NCBI GenBank assembly: GCA_044352465.1
Contig: JBILDU010000049.1
Span: forward strand, 1-21,572
Origin: Bdellovibrionota bacterium
GTDB taxonomy: Bacteria > Bdellovibrionota_C > UBA2361
DNA: 21,572 nucleotides
Direction of reading: 5' to 3'
Each line of letters begins with the position of its first letter. Position 1 is the stretch's first letter. Positions 8,347 through 16,755 of the stretch are shown here, in pieces. The position numbers were made by a program, and so were the translations under genes. The notes beneath the pieces were generated by a model. That model saw only the letters and a program-made list of their open reading frames with translations, ran no database searches and had not been told where the DNA came from.

Positions 8347-8376
8347 TTGCTCCGCCCGCACCGTCCCGCATAGTAT
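8347..8376 (+). promoter_or_regulatory. Candidate sigma70 promoter giving a leaderless transcript
   Basis: TTGCTC-18 nt-TAGTAT ending 6 nt before ATG 8383; no SD sequence. Confidence 0.45.
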
Positions 8377-8382
8377 CGCGCC

Positions 8383-9168
8383 ATGCGTTTTTCAGTTCTC
8401 TCAAGCGGTAGTAAAGCAAACTGTACCTTTATCGAGGCGGCGGGCGTGCGCCTTCTCATCGACTGCGGACTCTCGGCGACGAAGACTGAGGAGCGGTTAC
8501 GTCGGTTAGGGATCGATCCGGCGACGCTGTCCGGCATTTTGGTAACGCACGAGCATTCGGACCATATCTACGGCATATCCGTGATGAGTCGGCGCTTTCG
8601 TCTCCCGGTGTACGCGAACGCCCGGACGGCCAAGCTCATCCGAAACGTTTTCGGTTTTGAAACCTTTGAGACCGGTGCGCCGTTTGCGATTAAGGATCTT
8701 TCGGTCGCCCCATTTAGTATCGCGCACGATGCCCAAGAGCCGGTCGGTTTCCGGCTAGAGGGGGAGGGTCTTACCTTTACTCAGGTCACCGATCTTGGAC
8801 GGGTAACCCCCCTTGTGCGTGAGGCGGTGCGGGGGGCGCATGCGCTTGTGCTCGAGTCGAACCACGACGAGCAGATGCTTATGGAATGCGATTATCCCTG
8901 GGAGCTAAAGCAGCGGATAGCCTCCTCGCACGGGCACCTGAGCAATAAGGAGGCGGCTGAATTGGTGCAGCAGCTGGTGCATCCGGATCTCTCGACGGTT
9001 GTCCTTGGCCATTTAAGCGAAAACAGTAATTCTCCGGATGTAGCCCTTAAGACCTTCCATGCCTATGTGCCACCTGGCGTTGTCGAGACGGTTGTTTGTG
9101 CGGGGGTAGCCCTGGAGACCCCCCTCTTCTCGGTAGGTGCGAGCATGCCGCGGCTGATGGTGGGTTAG
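8383..9168 (+). CDS. MBL-fold metallo-hydrolase, YycJ/WalJ family
   Basis: LSSGSKAN, LIDCGLS, THEHSDH, HDA, TDLG, LESNHD, HGHLSN and LGHLSENSN motifs. Confidence 0.92.
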   Translation: MRFSVLSSGSKANCTFIEAAGVRLLIDCGLSATKTEERLRRLGIDPATLSGILVTHEHSDHIYGISVMSRRFRLPVYANARTAKLIRNVFGFETFETGAPFAIKDLSVAPFSIAHDAQEPVGFRLEGEGLTFTQVTDLGRVTPLVREAVRGAHALVLESNHDEQMLMECDYPWELKQRIASSHGHLSNKEAAELVQQLVHPDLSTVVLGHLSENSNSPDVALKTFHAYVPPGVVETVVCAGVALETPLFSVGASMPRLMVG

Positions 9169-9273
9169 CTCAACCGACGATTCGAGGTCGATGAGAGGTG
9201 AGGTCGTTTAACTATATCAGGAAACATTGCTCCTTCCTGAGGGGTGGTATCGTAAAGAACGGAGGATAGACGG

Positions 9274-10572
9274 ATGATCGCTCGTTATAGTCGCCCTGAG
9301 ATGAACGCTCTGTGGAGCGATGAGGCTCGATTTAAGATTTGGCTCGAGATTGAGACCCTTGCGCTGGAGGGAATGGTGGCTGCAGGACTCGCTCCGCAGG
9401 ACGCGCTCGATGCGGTCCGTTCGAAGGGGCGTTTCGATGCTACCCGTGTGCTCGAGATAGAGCAGGAGGTTAAACACGACGTCATCGCATTCTTAACCAA
9501 TGTGGCTGAGAGCGTGGGCGAGGCCTCTCGATTCGTCCACCGCGGGATGACGTCGAGCGATCTTCTCGATACGACCTTGGCGGTCCAACTCGTGCGAGCG
9601 GGCAACCTTATTCTCGCGGGGGTGGATCGGGTCCTCGTGGTCTTAAAGCGCCGCGCCCTCGAGACGAAGAACGTGCCGTGCATCGGGCGTTCCCACGGGA
9701 TTCACGCCGAGCCGACGACTTTTGGCGTTAAGCTCGCCGGCTGGTATGCAGAGCTTGTCCGGAGTCGGGCGCGTGTGGCCGCAGCGGTGGTCGAGATCGG
9801 CTACGGGAAGATTTCAGGGGCGGTTGGCACCTATGCTTCAATACCTCCGTCGGTCGAAGCGCATGTCCTTACGAAGCTTGGGTTGAAGGCCGAAACGGTC
9901 GCGACCCAGGTCGTGCAGCGCGATCGACACGCCGCATTTTTTAATGCACTAGCGCTGCTCGGTGCATCGTTGGAGCGCTTTTGTGTTGAGATTCGTCACC
10001 TGCAGCGCACTGAGGTGCGTGAGGTTGAAGAAAAGTTCTCCCCGGGCCAAAAGGGGTCGTCGGCGATGCCCCACAAACGCAACCCGATACTTACTGAAAA
10101 CCTGACCGGGCTTGCCCGCCTCTTGCGGGGATACGCCGTTTCGGCGATGGAGAACGTCCCGCTGTGGCACGAGCGAGATATAAGCCACAGCTCGGTTGAG
10201 CGGGTGATCGCGCCCGATGCATGTACGGTTGTCGATTTCATGTTGGCGCGGTTTGAGTCGGTCGTTGACGGAATGGTGGTACACGCCGATCGGATGCTCG
10301 AGAACCTCGAGTCGACCCGGGGGCTCATTTTTTCGGGTGCGCTTTTGGTTGCGCTCGTTGACCACGGATTCACCCGGGAGGATGCCTATCGACTCGTTCA
10401 GAAGCACGCGCTGCCGGCTTGGGAGGGGGGCGCATCGCTGCTTGAGCGGGTGCGTTCCGATAAGGCGATAGGGGAGCGGGTATCAGCTGCGGAACTGGAT
10501 GATATCTTTGACTTAAAGCGCCACTTTCGGCATGTTGACCTGATTGTGGGAAGGGCGTTGGGTGATGGGTGA
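9274..10572 (+). CDS. purB: Adenylosuccinate lyase
   Basis: MIARYSRPEM, KHDVIAF, HRGMTSSD, GRSHGIHAEPTTFG and GSSAMPHKRNP signature; GGAGG SD. Confidence 0.98.
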   Translation: MIARYSRPEMNALWSDEARFKIWLEIETLALEGMVAAGLAPQDALDAVRSKGRFDATRVLEIEQEVKHDVIAFLTNVAESVGEASRFVHRGMTSSDLLDTTLAVQLVRAGNLILAGVDRVLVVLKRRALETKNVPCIGRSHGIHAEPTTFGVKLAGWYAELVRSRARVAAAVVEIGYGKISGAVGTYASIPPSVEAHVLTKLGLKAETVATQVVQRDRHAAFFNALALLGASLERFCVEIRHLQRTEVREVEEKFSPGQKGSSAMPHKRNPILTENLTGLARLLRGYAVSAMENVPLWHERDISHSSVERVIAPDACTVVDFMLARFESVVDGMVVHADRMLENLESTRGLIFSGALLVALVDHGFTREDAYRLVQKHALPAWEGGASLLERVRSDKAIGERVSAAELDDIFDLKRHFRHVDLIVGRALGDG

Positions 10573-10578
10573 GGATGG

Positions 10579-10616
10579 CTGCTCCTCGCTGTGTCTACTA
10601 CTCCTCGCTGTGTCTA
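10579..10616 (+). repeat. 19-nt tandem duplication
   Basis: CTGCTCCTCGCTGTGTCTA followed directly by CTACTCCTCGCTGTGTCTA (1 mismatch), in the purB-purS spacer. Confidence 0.9.
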
Positions 10617-10636
10617 GGCTGTAAAAGGAGAATTCG

Positions 10637-10879
10637 ATGCGGGTGCGGGTGTTTGTTCGGCTCAAAGGGGGGGTGCTCGATGTTCAGGGCAAAGCGGTCG
10701 AGCGGGGAGTTCTCGAGGCCGGAATGACCGGAATTTCCGATGTTCGTATCGGAAAGCTTATCGAATTCGACGTGGCAGCGGCGAGCGCTCAAGAGGCCCG
10801 GGCGCGAGCGGAAGAGCTGTGTGAGAAAGTTTTAGCTAATCCGATAATCGAGAACTTCGAAATAATAGCGCTTCCTTAA
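10637..10879 (+). CDS. purS: Phosphoribosylformylglycinamidine synthase subunit PurS
   Basis: 80 aa with LKGGVLDVQGKAV, VRIGKLIE and LCEKVLANPIIENF; AAAGGAG SD. Confidence 0.97.
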   Translation: MRVRVFVRLKGGVLDVQGKAVERGVLEAGMTGISDVRIGKLIEFDVAAASAQEARARAEELCEKVLANPIIENFEIIALP

Positions 10880-10920
10880 CGTCCCTCGGCGCCTAAAGGC
10901 TCTCAGCACAAAAGATTTTT

Positions 10921-11622
10921 ATGCGAATTTCTGTTGTCGTTTTCCCCGGTACGAACTGCGAACATGATATGCAGCACGTCTACGGAACGGTGCTGAAGCA
11001 AAAGGTCACGCTCGTGTGGCACCGCGATAGGGATCTGCAGAGGCCCGATCTCGTGGTTGTTCCGGGCGGTTTTGCGCACGGGGATTATCTGCGAACCGGC
11101 GCCCTGGCGAAGCTCTCTCCGGTCATGACCGAGGTTGCTGCTTTCGCCGAGCGTGGTGGCCCGGTGCTCGGCGTTTGTAATGGGTTCCAGGTTTTGTGCG
11201 AGAGTGGGTTGCTTCCGGGTGTTCTTTTACAGAACGTGCAACGTCGATTCCTCTCCCGATTCGTCCACGTTAAGGTCGAGCGAAGCGACACCGCATTTAC
11301 CCGGGGGGTTGAGGCGGGGACGGTCTTTACCTGTCCGATAGCCCACTTCGAGGGAAACTACTACGCTCCGCCCGAGACGGTGCGAGAGCTTGAGGGAGAG
11401 GGGCGGGTAGTTTTTCGGTATTCCGATCCTTCGGGGACCGTTTCCCCCAACGACCTCGAGTGGAACCCGAACGGCTCGCTTAACTCGATCGCCGGGGTGA
11501 CCAATCAGCGTCGGAACGTGGTCGGCTTGATGCCGCACCCCGAGCGTTCGGTCGAAGCTCTTGTGGGTGGGGTTGGTGGGGACTCAGGTCGCGCCTTGTT
11601 CGCTGGGTCTATCGCAGCCTAA
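10921..11622 (+). CDS. purQ: Phosphoribosylformylglycinamidine synthase glutaminase subunit PurQ
   Basis: VVFPGTNC, PGGFAHGDYLR, GVCNGFQ (catalytic Cys), NPNGS and GLMPHPER. Confidence 0.97.
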   Translation: MRISVVVFPGTNCEHDMQHVYGTVLKQKVTLVWHRDRDLQRPDLVVVPGGFAHGDYLRTGALAKLSPVMTEVAAFAERGGPVLGVCNGFQVLCESGLLPGVLLQNVQRRFLSRFVHVKVERSDTAFTRGVEAGTVFTCPIAHFEGNYYAPPETVRELEGEGRVVFRYSDPSGTVSPNDLEWNPNGSLNSIAGVTNQRRNVVGLMPHPERSVEALVGGVGGDSGRALFAGSIAA

Positions 11623-11740
11623 CGCTGTCTAACTATCTGAATTCTCTAGGGCTGCCCCGCAAGCTTCGTAGAGTCCCATTCGGGGAGATCTGTCGGTCGC
11701 CCAGGCACCCCGCTTCATTTCCCCCAACCCCGCGAGCTGT

Positions 11741-11769
11741 TTGCTCTTTTGGCGCTCGCATGGTACGAC
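11741..11769 (+). promoter_or_regulatory. Candidate rpsB promoter (extended -10 type)
   Basis: TTGCTC-17 nt-TACGAC with TGn directly before the -10, placed just upstream of the leader structure. Confidence 0.4.
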
Positions 11770-11781
11770 TAGCAAGCATTA

Positions 11782-11872
11782 AATTCACACCCGGGGATGT
11801 CTAAGTCTTGGTGAAGTTGCGTCGCTTTCGAGCGGTGTAGCTTTTGTTACCGAACCCCGGGGAGGCAAAACT
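11782..11872 (+). ncRNA. rpsB 5' leader, ribosomal protein S2 autoregulatory element (t44-like)
   Basis: CACAC-CCGGGG ... CCCCGG-GGAGGCAAAAC closing helix with the t44-like CACAC and GGAGG flanks; internal hairpin AAGTTGCGTCGCT-TTCG-AGCGGTGTAGCTT. Confidence 0.75.
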
Positions 11873-11886
11873 AAGACGGAGAAAAA

Positions 11887-12741
11887 ATGGAACGTACAGC
11901 AACCTCACTCGAGGCCGCGGGCACATCTGCGGCTATCCCCGTAACGATCAAGAGCATGCTCGATGCCGGTGCGCATTTCGGGCATCAAACTCATCGGTGG
12001 AACCCCCGCATGTTGCCGTTTATCTACGGCGAGAGAAACGGGATCCACATCATCAACCTCGATATGACCCAGAAGCTTTGGGATCGCTCTCGCAAGTACG
12101 TGGTTGACACCGTGAGCCGCGGTGGTTCGATCCTCTTCGTCGGCACAAAGTTGCAGGCGCGCGAGATCGTCTCGAACGAGGCTGATCGGTGTGGCGCTTT
12201 TCACGTCACCTCGCGGTGGTTAGGTGGAACTCTGAGCAACTTTCAAACGATTAAGAACTCGATCGACCGGATGCGCAAAATCGAGGACCTTCTCACTGAA
12301 GCTGAGCAAGAGGGGACCAAAGTTCGATTGGTCAAGAAAGAGAAGCTTACCATGGCCCGTGAGCTCGAGAAGCTGGCGGCGAACCTCGGTGGTATTCGCA
12401 CGATGAAGCGTCTGCCCGACGTCCTTTTCGTGGTTGACGTCGTTAAAGAGCACATCGCAGTGGCTGAAGCTCGGCGCCTCCATATTCCGGTTATCGCCCT
12501 TGTTGATACGAACGCCGATCCAGGGCTCGTCGACTTTCCGATCCCGGCGAACGACGATGCGACCCGCACGATTACGTTGTTCCTTGCCGAGATGGCCAAC
12601 GCCATCATCGAAGGGCGCGCTCAGTACGACGCGCGTCGCCCGAAGGAAGACCGTACCGAGGATAAGAACGGTGGTCATTCGAAGGGTCCGAAGAAGGGGA
12701 CCACAGAGGTCGCTGCGAACGAGGGTATTGCCGTTCAGTAA
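11887..12741 (+). CDS. rpsB: 30S ribosomal protein S2
   Basis: [43 protein letters not shown] and IPANDDA. Confidence 0.99.
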   Translation: MERTATSLEAAGTSAAIPVTIKSMLDAGAHFGHQTHRWNPRMLPFIYGERNGIHIINLDMTQKLWDRSRKYVVDTVSRGGSILFVGTKLQAREIVSNEADRCGAFHVTSRWLGGTLSNFQTIKNSIDRMRKIEDLLTEAEQEGTKVRLVKKEKLTMARELEKLAANLGGIRTMKRLPDVLFVVDVVKEHIAVAEARRLHIPVIALVDTNADPGLVDFPIPANDDATRTITLFLAEMANAIIEGRAQYDARRPKEDRTEDKNGGHSKGPKKGTTEVAANEGIAVQ

Positions 12742-12754
12742 TCACCTCTTTTCG

Positions 12755-12825
12755 CGGACGCGTAGCAGGCCGTCGGAGTCGGGAGGGGATAGTCTCTTTC
12801 GGCTTCGGCGGAGCCGTGCGGTCCG
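12755..12825 (+). other. Long intergenic RNA hairpin between rpsB and tsf
   Basis: 12770-12788 pairs with 12793-12811 over 19 contiguous pairs (7 G-U) around an ATAG loop; outer CGGAC/GTCCG extension. Confidence 0.75.
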
Positions 12826-12858
12826 GTGACGATTCATTTCAATTCAGGAGACACGTGT

Positions 12859-13512
12859 ATGAGTGAAGTATCAGCGGAATTAGTGAAGCAACTCCGTGCA
12901 CAAACCGGTGCGGGGATGATGGATTGCAAGGCGGCCTTAAAGGAAGCGAACGGTTCGATTGAGGCGGCCGTAGAGGTCTTGCGGAAGAAGGGCTTAAAAG
13001 ACATCGGTAAGCGGGCCGGCAAGGTGGCTGCTGAAGGGTGTATCGGAGTGTACGCTCACCCCGGGGACCAGGTGGTCGCGGTCGTCGAGCTTAATAGCGA
13101 AACCGACTTCGTCGCGCGTGGTGATGAGTTCCGCGCTACGGCGCGCGATATTGCGATGCATATCGCGGCGATGAAGCCGGCGTATCTTTCGGCTGACGAA
13201 GTGCCCGCCGCGGTTCTCGATAAGGAGAAGGAGATCCTCATGGAGCAGCTTAATGAGGCGCAACGGGCCAAGGCTGATAAGATCCTTCCCGGCAAGTTAC
13301 AGAAGTTTTACGAGGACAATTGTCTGCTCAACCAGATCTTCGTAAAGGACGAAACCTCGTCAAAGACGATCAAAGATTTGATCGAAGCTCTTAGCATTAA
13401 GTGCGGAGAGAAGGTTCAGGTGCGACGCTTTTCCCGATTCGAAGTCGGGGAGGGGATCGCCCGGGCGGAGACGAACTTCGCGGCTGAGGTTGCGGCGATG
13501 ACCAGCAACTAG
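12859..13512 (+). CDS. tsf: Translation elongation factor Ts (short form)
   Basis: VKQLRAQTGAGMMDCKAAL, ELNSETDFVAR and RRFSRFEVGE; AGGAG SD before ATG 12859. Confidence 0.98.
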   Translation: MSEVSAELVKQLRAQTGAGMMDCKAALKEANGSIEAAVEVLRKKGLKDIGKRAGKVAAEGCIGVYAHPGDQVVAVVELNSETDFVARGDEFRATARDIAMHIAAMKPAYLSADEVPAAVLDKEKEILMEQLNEAQRAKADKILPGKLQKFYEDNCLLNQIFVKDETSSKTIKDLIEALSIKCGEKVQVRRFSRFEVGEGIARAETNFAAEVAAMTSN

Positions 13513-13521
13513 AGCCCAAGA

Positions 13522-13551
13522 AAGGCGCGGAGGAATCCGCGCCTTCTTTTT
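13522..13551 (+). terminator. Intrinsic terminator after tsf
   Basis: AAGGCGCGGA-GGAA-TCCGCGCCTT stem-loop followed by CTTTTT. Confidence 0.85.
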
Positions 13552-13698
13552 AGAAGTTGATTTTCGGTAATCAGTTTTGTGTAGTTTCTTGTAGCTCCAA
13601 TTTTAGGTTTCAAAGATTATCCGAGTTGCGGGTCTGAGTAAGGCCTGGCGGCGCGGAGGCTCGAGGGGATAGCTACAGAGACGTTGAGGTTAGGTGAT

Positions 13699-14442
13699 AT
13701 GGGTGCGCTAAAGTATCGGAGAATTCTTCTCAAGTTGAGTGGCGAGATCCTCGCTGGTGATAAGGGCTATGGTATCGACGCGGAGACCGTTTCGGCGCTC
13801 GTTCGCGAGGTGCACGAGGTGCATCAGCTCGGTGTCGAGCTCGGCATCGTTATCGGTGGGGGGAATATATTTCGCGGGGTGCAGGCCGGCGCGCAGGGCC
13901 TCGACCGAGCCTCGGGCGACTATATGGGAATGATGGCAACCGCCATTAATGCCCTCGCGTTGCAGGATCTTCTCGAGCAGCGGGGAGTAGAGACTCGGGT
14001 CATGTCGGCGATAGAGATGCGTCAGGTGGCCGAGCCGTACATTCGGCGACGCGCTACCCGGCATCTCGAAAAGAATCGCGTGGTGATATTCGCTTGCGGT
14101 ACGGGAAACCCGTATTTCACCACCGACACGGCGGCGAGTTTGCGGGCCATGGAGATCGGCGCTGATGTTCTTCTGAAGGGCACCAAGGTTGACGCGGTAT
14201 ACGACTCCGACCCTGTAAAAAACGCTGGGGCGAAGCCGTTTGGATCGATATCGTTTATGGACGTTCTCCAGAAGGGACTGAAGGTGATGGATTCGGCAGC
14301 CATTTCCCTGTGCATGGACAACAACCTCCCCATCGTCGTCTTCAATATCGGGGAGGAGGGCAATTTAAAGCGGGTCGTCAGAGGCGAGTCGCTTGGCACT
14401 CTGGTCTCGTCGAGCGGGGCGCCCGCAGCGGCGGCCGTGTAG
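13699..14442 (+). CDS. pyrH: UMP kinase
   Basis: [34 protein letters not shown] and KVMDSAA; AGGTGA before ATG 13699. Confidence 0.98.
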   Translation: MGALKYRRILLKLSGEILAGDKGYGIDAETVSALVREVHEVHQLGVELGIVIGGGNIFRGVQAGAQGLDRASGDYMGMMATAINALALQDLLEQRGVETRVMSAIEMRQVAEPYIRRRATRHLEKNRVVIFACGTGNPYFTTDTAASLRAMEIGADVLLKGTKVDAVYDSDPVKNAGAKPFGSISFMDVLQKGLKVMDSAAISLCMDNNLPIVVFNIGEEGNLKRVVRGESLGTLVSSSGAPAAAAV

Positions 14443-14508
14443 TTTGAGGGTTGTGAGGGAGACGCGGATTGATTCGCCACGTTTCGTTTTCTTATAGGGA
14501 GAGATGAT

Positions 14509-15063
14509 ATGACCGGCAAGTATAACGACCTCGAAGCTCGATGTAAGAAGACCGCTGAGCACTTCAAGACCGATCTCGGTCGGTTGCGGGGTGGTCGGGC
14601 AACAACCTCACTGCTTGAGGGGATTACGGTCGATTATTACGGTTCGCGGGTTCCGCTGATTCAGTTGGGGATGATCTCTGCTCCCGAGCCGCGCCTCCTC
14701 ACCATTCAGGTGTACGACCGTGGAGCCGTTGAGGCGGTAGAGAAGTCGATTCAGCAGTCAGAGCTAGGTTTGAATCCGTCGCGGGATGGGACGCTCATTC
14801 GCATAGCGATTCCGGCTTTGACCGAAGAACGCCGCAAGGAGCTCATCAAAAAGCTGAGCAAAATGGCGGAGGAGGCCAAGGTCACGGTTCGAAACCATCG
14901 CCGTGAGTCGATGGATTTTCTGAAGAAGCAGGAGAAGGATAAGGCGATCTCCGCCGATGACCTCCGTCGCGGAAGTGAGGACATTCAAAAGATCACCGAC
15001 AAAGCGACGGCTGAAATCGATGTCCTGCTTCAGGCGAAGGAAAAAGAGATGATGGAGCTTTAG
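14509..15063 (+). CDS. frr: Ribosome recycling factor
   Basis: LRGGRA, VDYYG, LGLNP, IPALTEERRKEL, RNHRR and KEKEMMEL. Confidence 0.98.
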   Translation: MTGKYNDLEARCKKTAEHFKTDLGRLRGGRATTSLLEGITVDYYGSRVPLIQLGMISAPEPRLLTIQVYDRGAVEAVEKSIQQSELGLNPSRDGTLIRIAIPALTEERRKELIKKLSKMAEEAKVTVRNHRRESMDFLKKQEKDKAISADDLRRGSEDIQKITDKATAEIDVLLQAKEKEMMEL

Positions 15064-15130
15064 AAGCTCCCTCGCCAACCGAGGATCGTATGACGCAATC
15101 AACGAACGAAGGCGTTGCTTCGAGGGTAGC

Positions 15131-15868
15131 GTGATGACGGAACTTGCGCGGATACCGCAGCATCTTGCGGTAATCATGGATGGCAACGGTCGTTGGGCGA
15201 AGCAACGGCATCTGCCGCGCGTGGAGGGTCACCGTGCCGGGGCGAAAACGGTACGGATGGTTGTCGAAGAAGCGCGCAGACTGGGGGTGCGATACCTGAC
15301 GTTGTTCGCCTTCTCGAGTGAGAACTGGAGCCGCCCCGAGGTTGAAGTCTCGGCGTTGATGAAGCTTTTTGCGCAGTATCTTGAATCAGAGCTCGAGCTC
15401 CTTCTGCAGAACGGGATTCGTCTGCGGGCGATGGGAGATCTGTCGCGACTCCCGGCGGCGGTGCGTGAGATCTTGGTTCGGAATGAGGAGCGCACCTCCT
15501 CAATGAACGCGATGGACCTCATCCTGGCTGTCTCTTACGGCGGACGGGATGAGATCGTCTTCGCAGCACGTCAACTAGCGCGGCAGGTGGCCCAGGGAAC
15601 GATAGCCGCTGATACGATCGATGCGGCGGCATTCGCGGAGCACCTCTATCTTCCCGACGTGCCTGACCCAGATCTGCTGATCCGCACCAGTGATGAGCGT
15701 CGCATTAGCAATTTCTTGTTATGGCAGTTGGCCTATTCCGAGATCGTCGTAACGCCGGTGCTGTGGCCCGATTTCTCCCCTCTGGAGTTCCACCGCTGCC
15801 TTGCTGAGTTTGCTGGGCGTGAGCGCAGGTTCGGTCTGACTGAAGAGCAGATTCGGAGTGGTCGATGA
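15131..15868 (+). CDS. uppS: Undecaprenyl diphosphate synthase (isoprenyl transferase)
   Basis: PQHLAVIMDGNGRWA, FSSENWSRP, SYGGRDEI and DLLIRTS..RISNFLLWQLAYSE; start could be 15131 (GTG) or 15134 (ATG). Confidence 0.97.
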   Translation: MMTELARIPQHLAVIMDGNGRWAKQRHLPRVEGHRAGAKTVRMVVEEARRLGVRYLTLFAFSSENWSRPEVEVSALMKLFAQYLESELELLLQNGIRLRAMGDLSRLPAAVREILVRNEERTSSMNAMDLILAVSYGGRDEIVFAARQLARQVAQGTIAADTIDAAAFAEHLYLPDVPDPDLLIRTSDERRISNFLLWQLAYSEIVVTPVLWPDFSPLEFHRCLAEFAGRERRFGLTEEQIRSGR

Positions 15869-16755
15869 GCGCTCCTTCGACTCATAGCTCGCCGTGGTCT
15901 CAGTTAGGCGCGCGAGTAAAGACCGCCCTTATCCTTGTCCTCGGCTTTCTCACCATCGATATCTTGGCAGCTTTTACCTGCGTGGGGCGTTGGATCGCCT
16001 TTGTGACGGCGCTCGCAGTGGTAACCATTGCAGCGCTCGAGGTCGCGCGGTTTAGCCGGGGCTATATCCGCGCGGTGCGCATTCTCTTCGGTCTCTCCAT
16101 TTTGACCCCGGTGGTGATTGTGGGTGCCTACTTGGCGGCCCAGCATCGGTGTGATTTGACGGTACCGGCTGGGGCCTCGTTGTTAATCGGGGTGAAGGGC
16201 GCGCTCGTCGGAATATTGCTCGCCATCGGTGTGGCTTTTGCGGTGGGTCGTCAGGAGCTTGAGCGGGTTGCGGGCGTTATGCGCGAACTGCCCCTGGCGG
16301 TATTCCTTGTCGGAATCGGCGGCGCGGCGCTCGTCGCGCTTCCGCTCCTCCCCGGAGGGGCGTGGATTTTGTTGTGGTTGGTGCTGGTCGTGAGCGTGAA
16401 CGACTCCGCCGCTTATTTTATCGGGTCCCGACTCGGGGGGCCGAAGCTCTGCCCCGCTATCTCGCCGAACAAGACGTGGTCCGGGAGTGTCGGTGGAGTC
16501 CTCTGCGGTGTTGCCGGAGGTGTCGCGCTCGGTTCTCTCTCAACTGCAGCTGGTTGGGCCGAGTCGCTTCCTCTCTCGTTAGGGGTCGTCGTTGCTGCTC
16601 AATGTGGCGACCTCATGAAGTCGTACCTCAAACGGCTCCACGGAGTTAAGGATAGCGGGACAATCCTGCCGGGTCACGGTGGGGTGCTCGATCGGATCGA
16701 TGGAATTCTGGCGGGTGGGCTTGTGACCTACATCTGGGTGGTTCAAGCATGGTAG
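15865..16755 (+). CDS. cdsA: Phosphatidate cytidylyltransferase
   Basis: Multi-TM protein with DSAAYFIG, ISPNKTWSG and GDLMKSYLKRLHGVKDSGTILPGHGGVLDRID; ATGA overlap with uppS. Confidence 0.96.
   Translation: MSAPSTHSSPWSQLGARVKTALILVLGFLTIDILAAFTCVGRWIAFVTALAVVTIAALEVARFSRGYIRAVRILFGLSILTPVVIVGAYLAAQHRCDLTVPAGASLLIGVKGALVGILLAIGVAFAVGRQELERVAGVMRELPLAVFLVGIGGAALVALPLLPGGAWILLWLVLVVSVNDSAAYFIGSRLGGPKLCPAISPNKTWSGSVGGVLCGVAGGVALGSLSTAAGWAESLPLSLGVVVAAQCGDLMKSYLKRLHGVKDSGTILPGHGGVLDRIDGILAGGLVTYIWVVQAW

Noticed and set aside
8226..8411. 61-aa ORF in the divergent intergenic region
   Set aside because: No SD or motifs, and it overlaps the hairpin, the candidate promoter and the start of the MBL hydrolase.
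11623..11740. tRNA or purine riboswitch in the purQ-rpsB spacer or upstream of purB
   Set aside because: No cloverleaf or T-loop, and no recognisable purine, ZTP or PRPP aptamer consensus.
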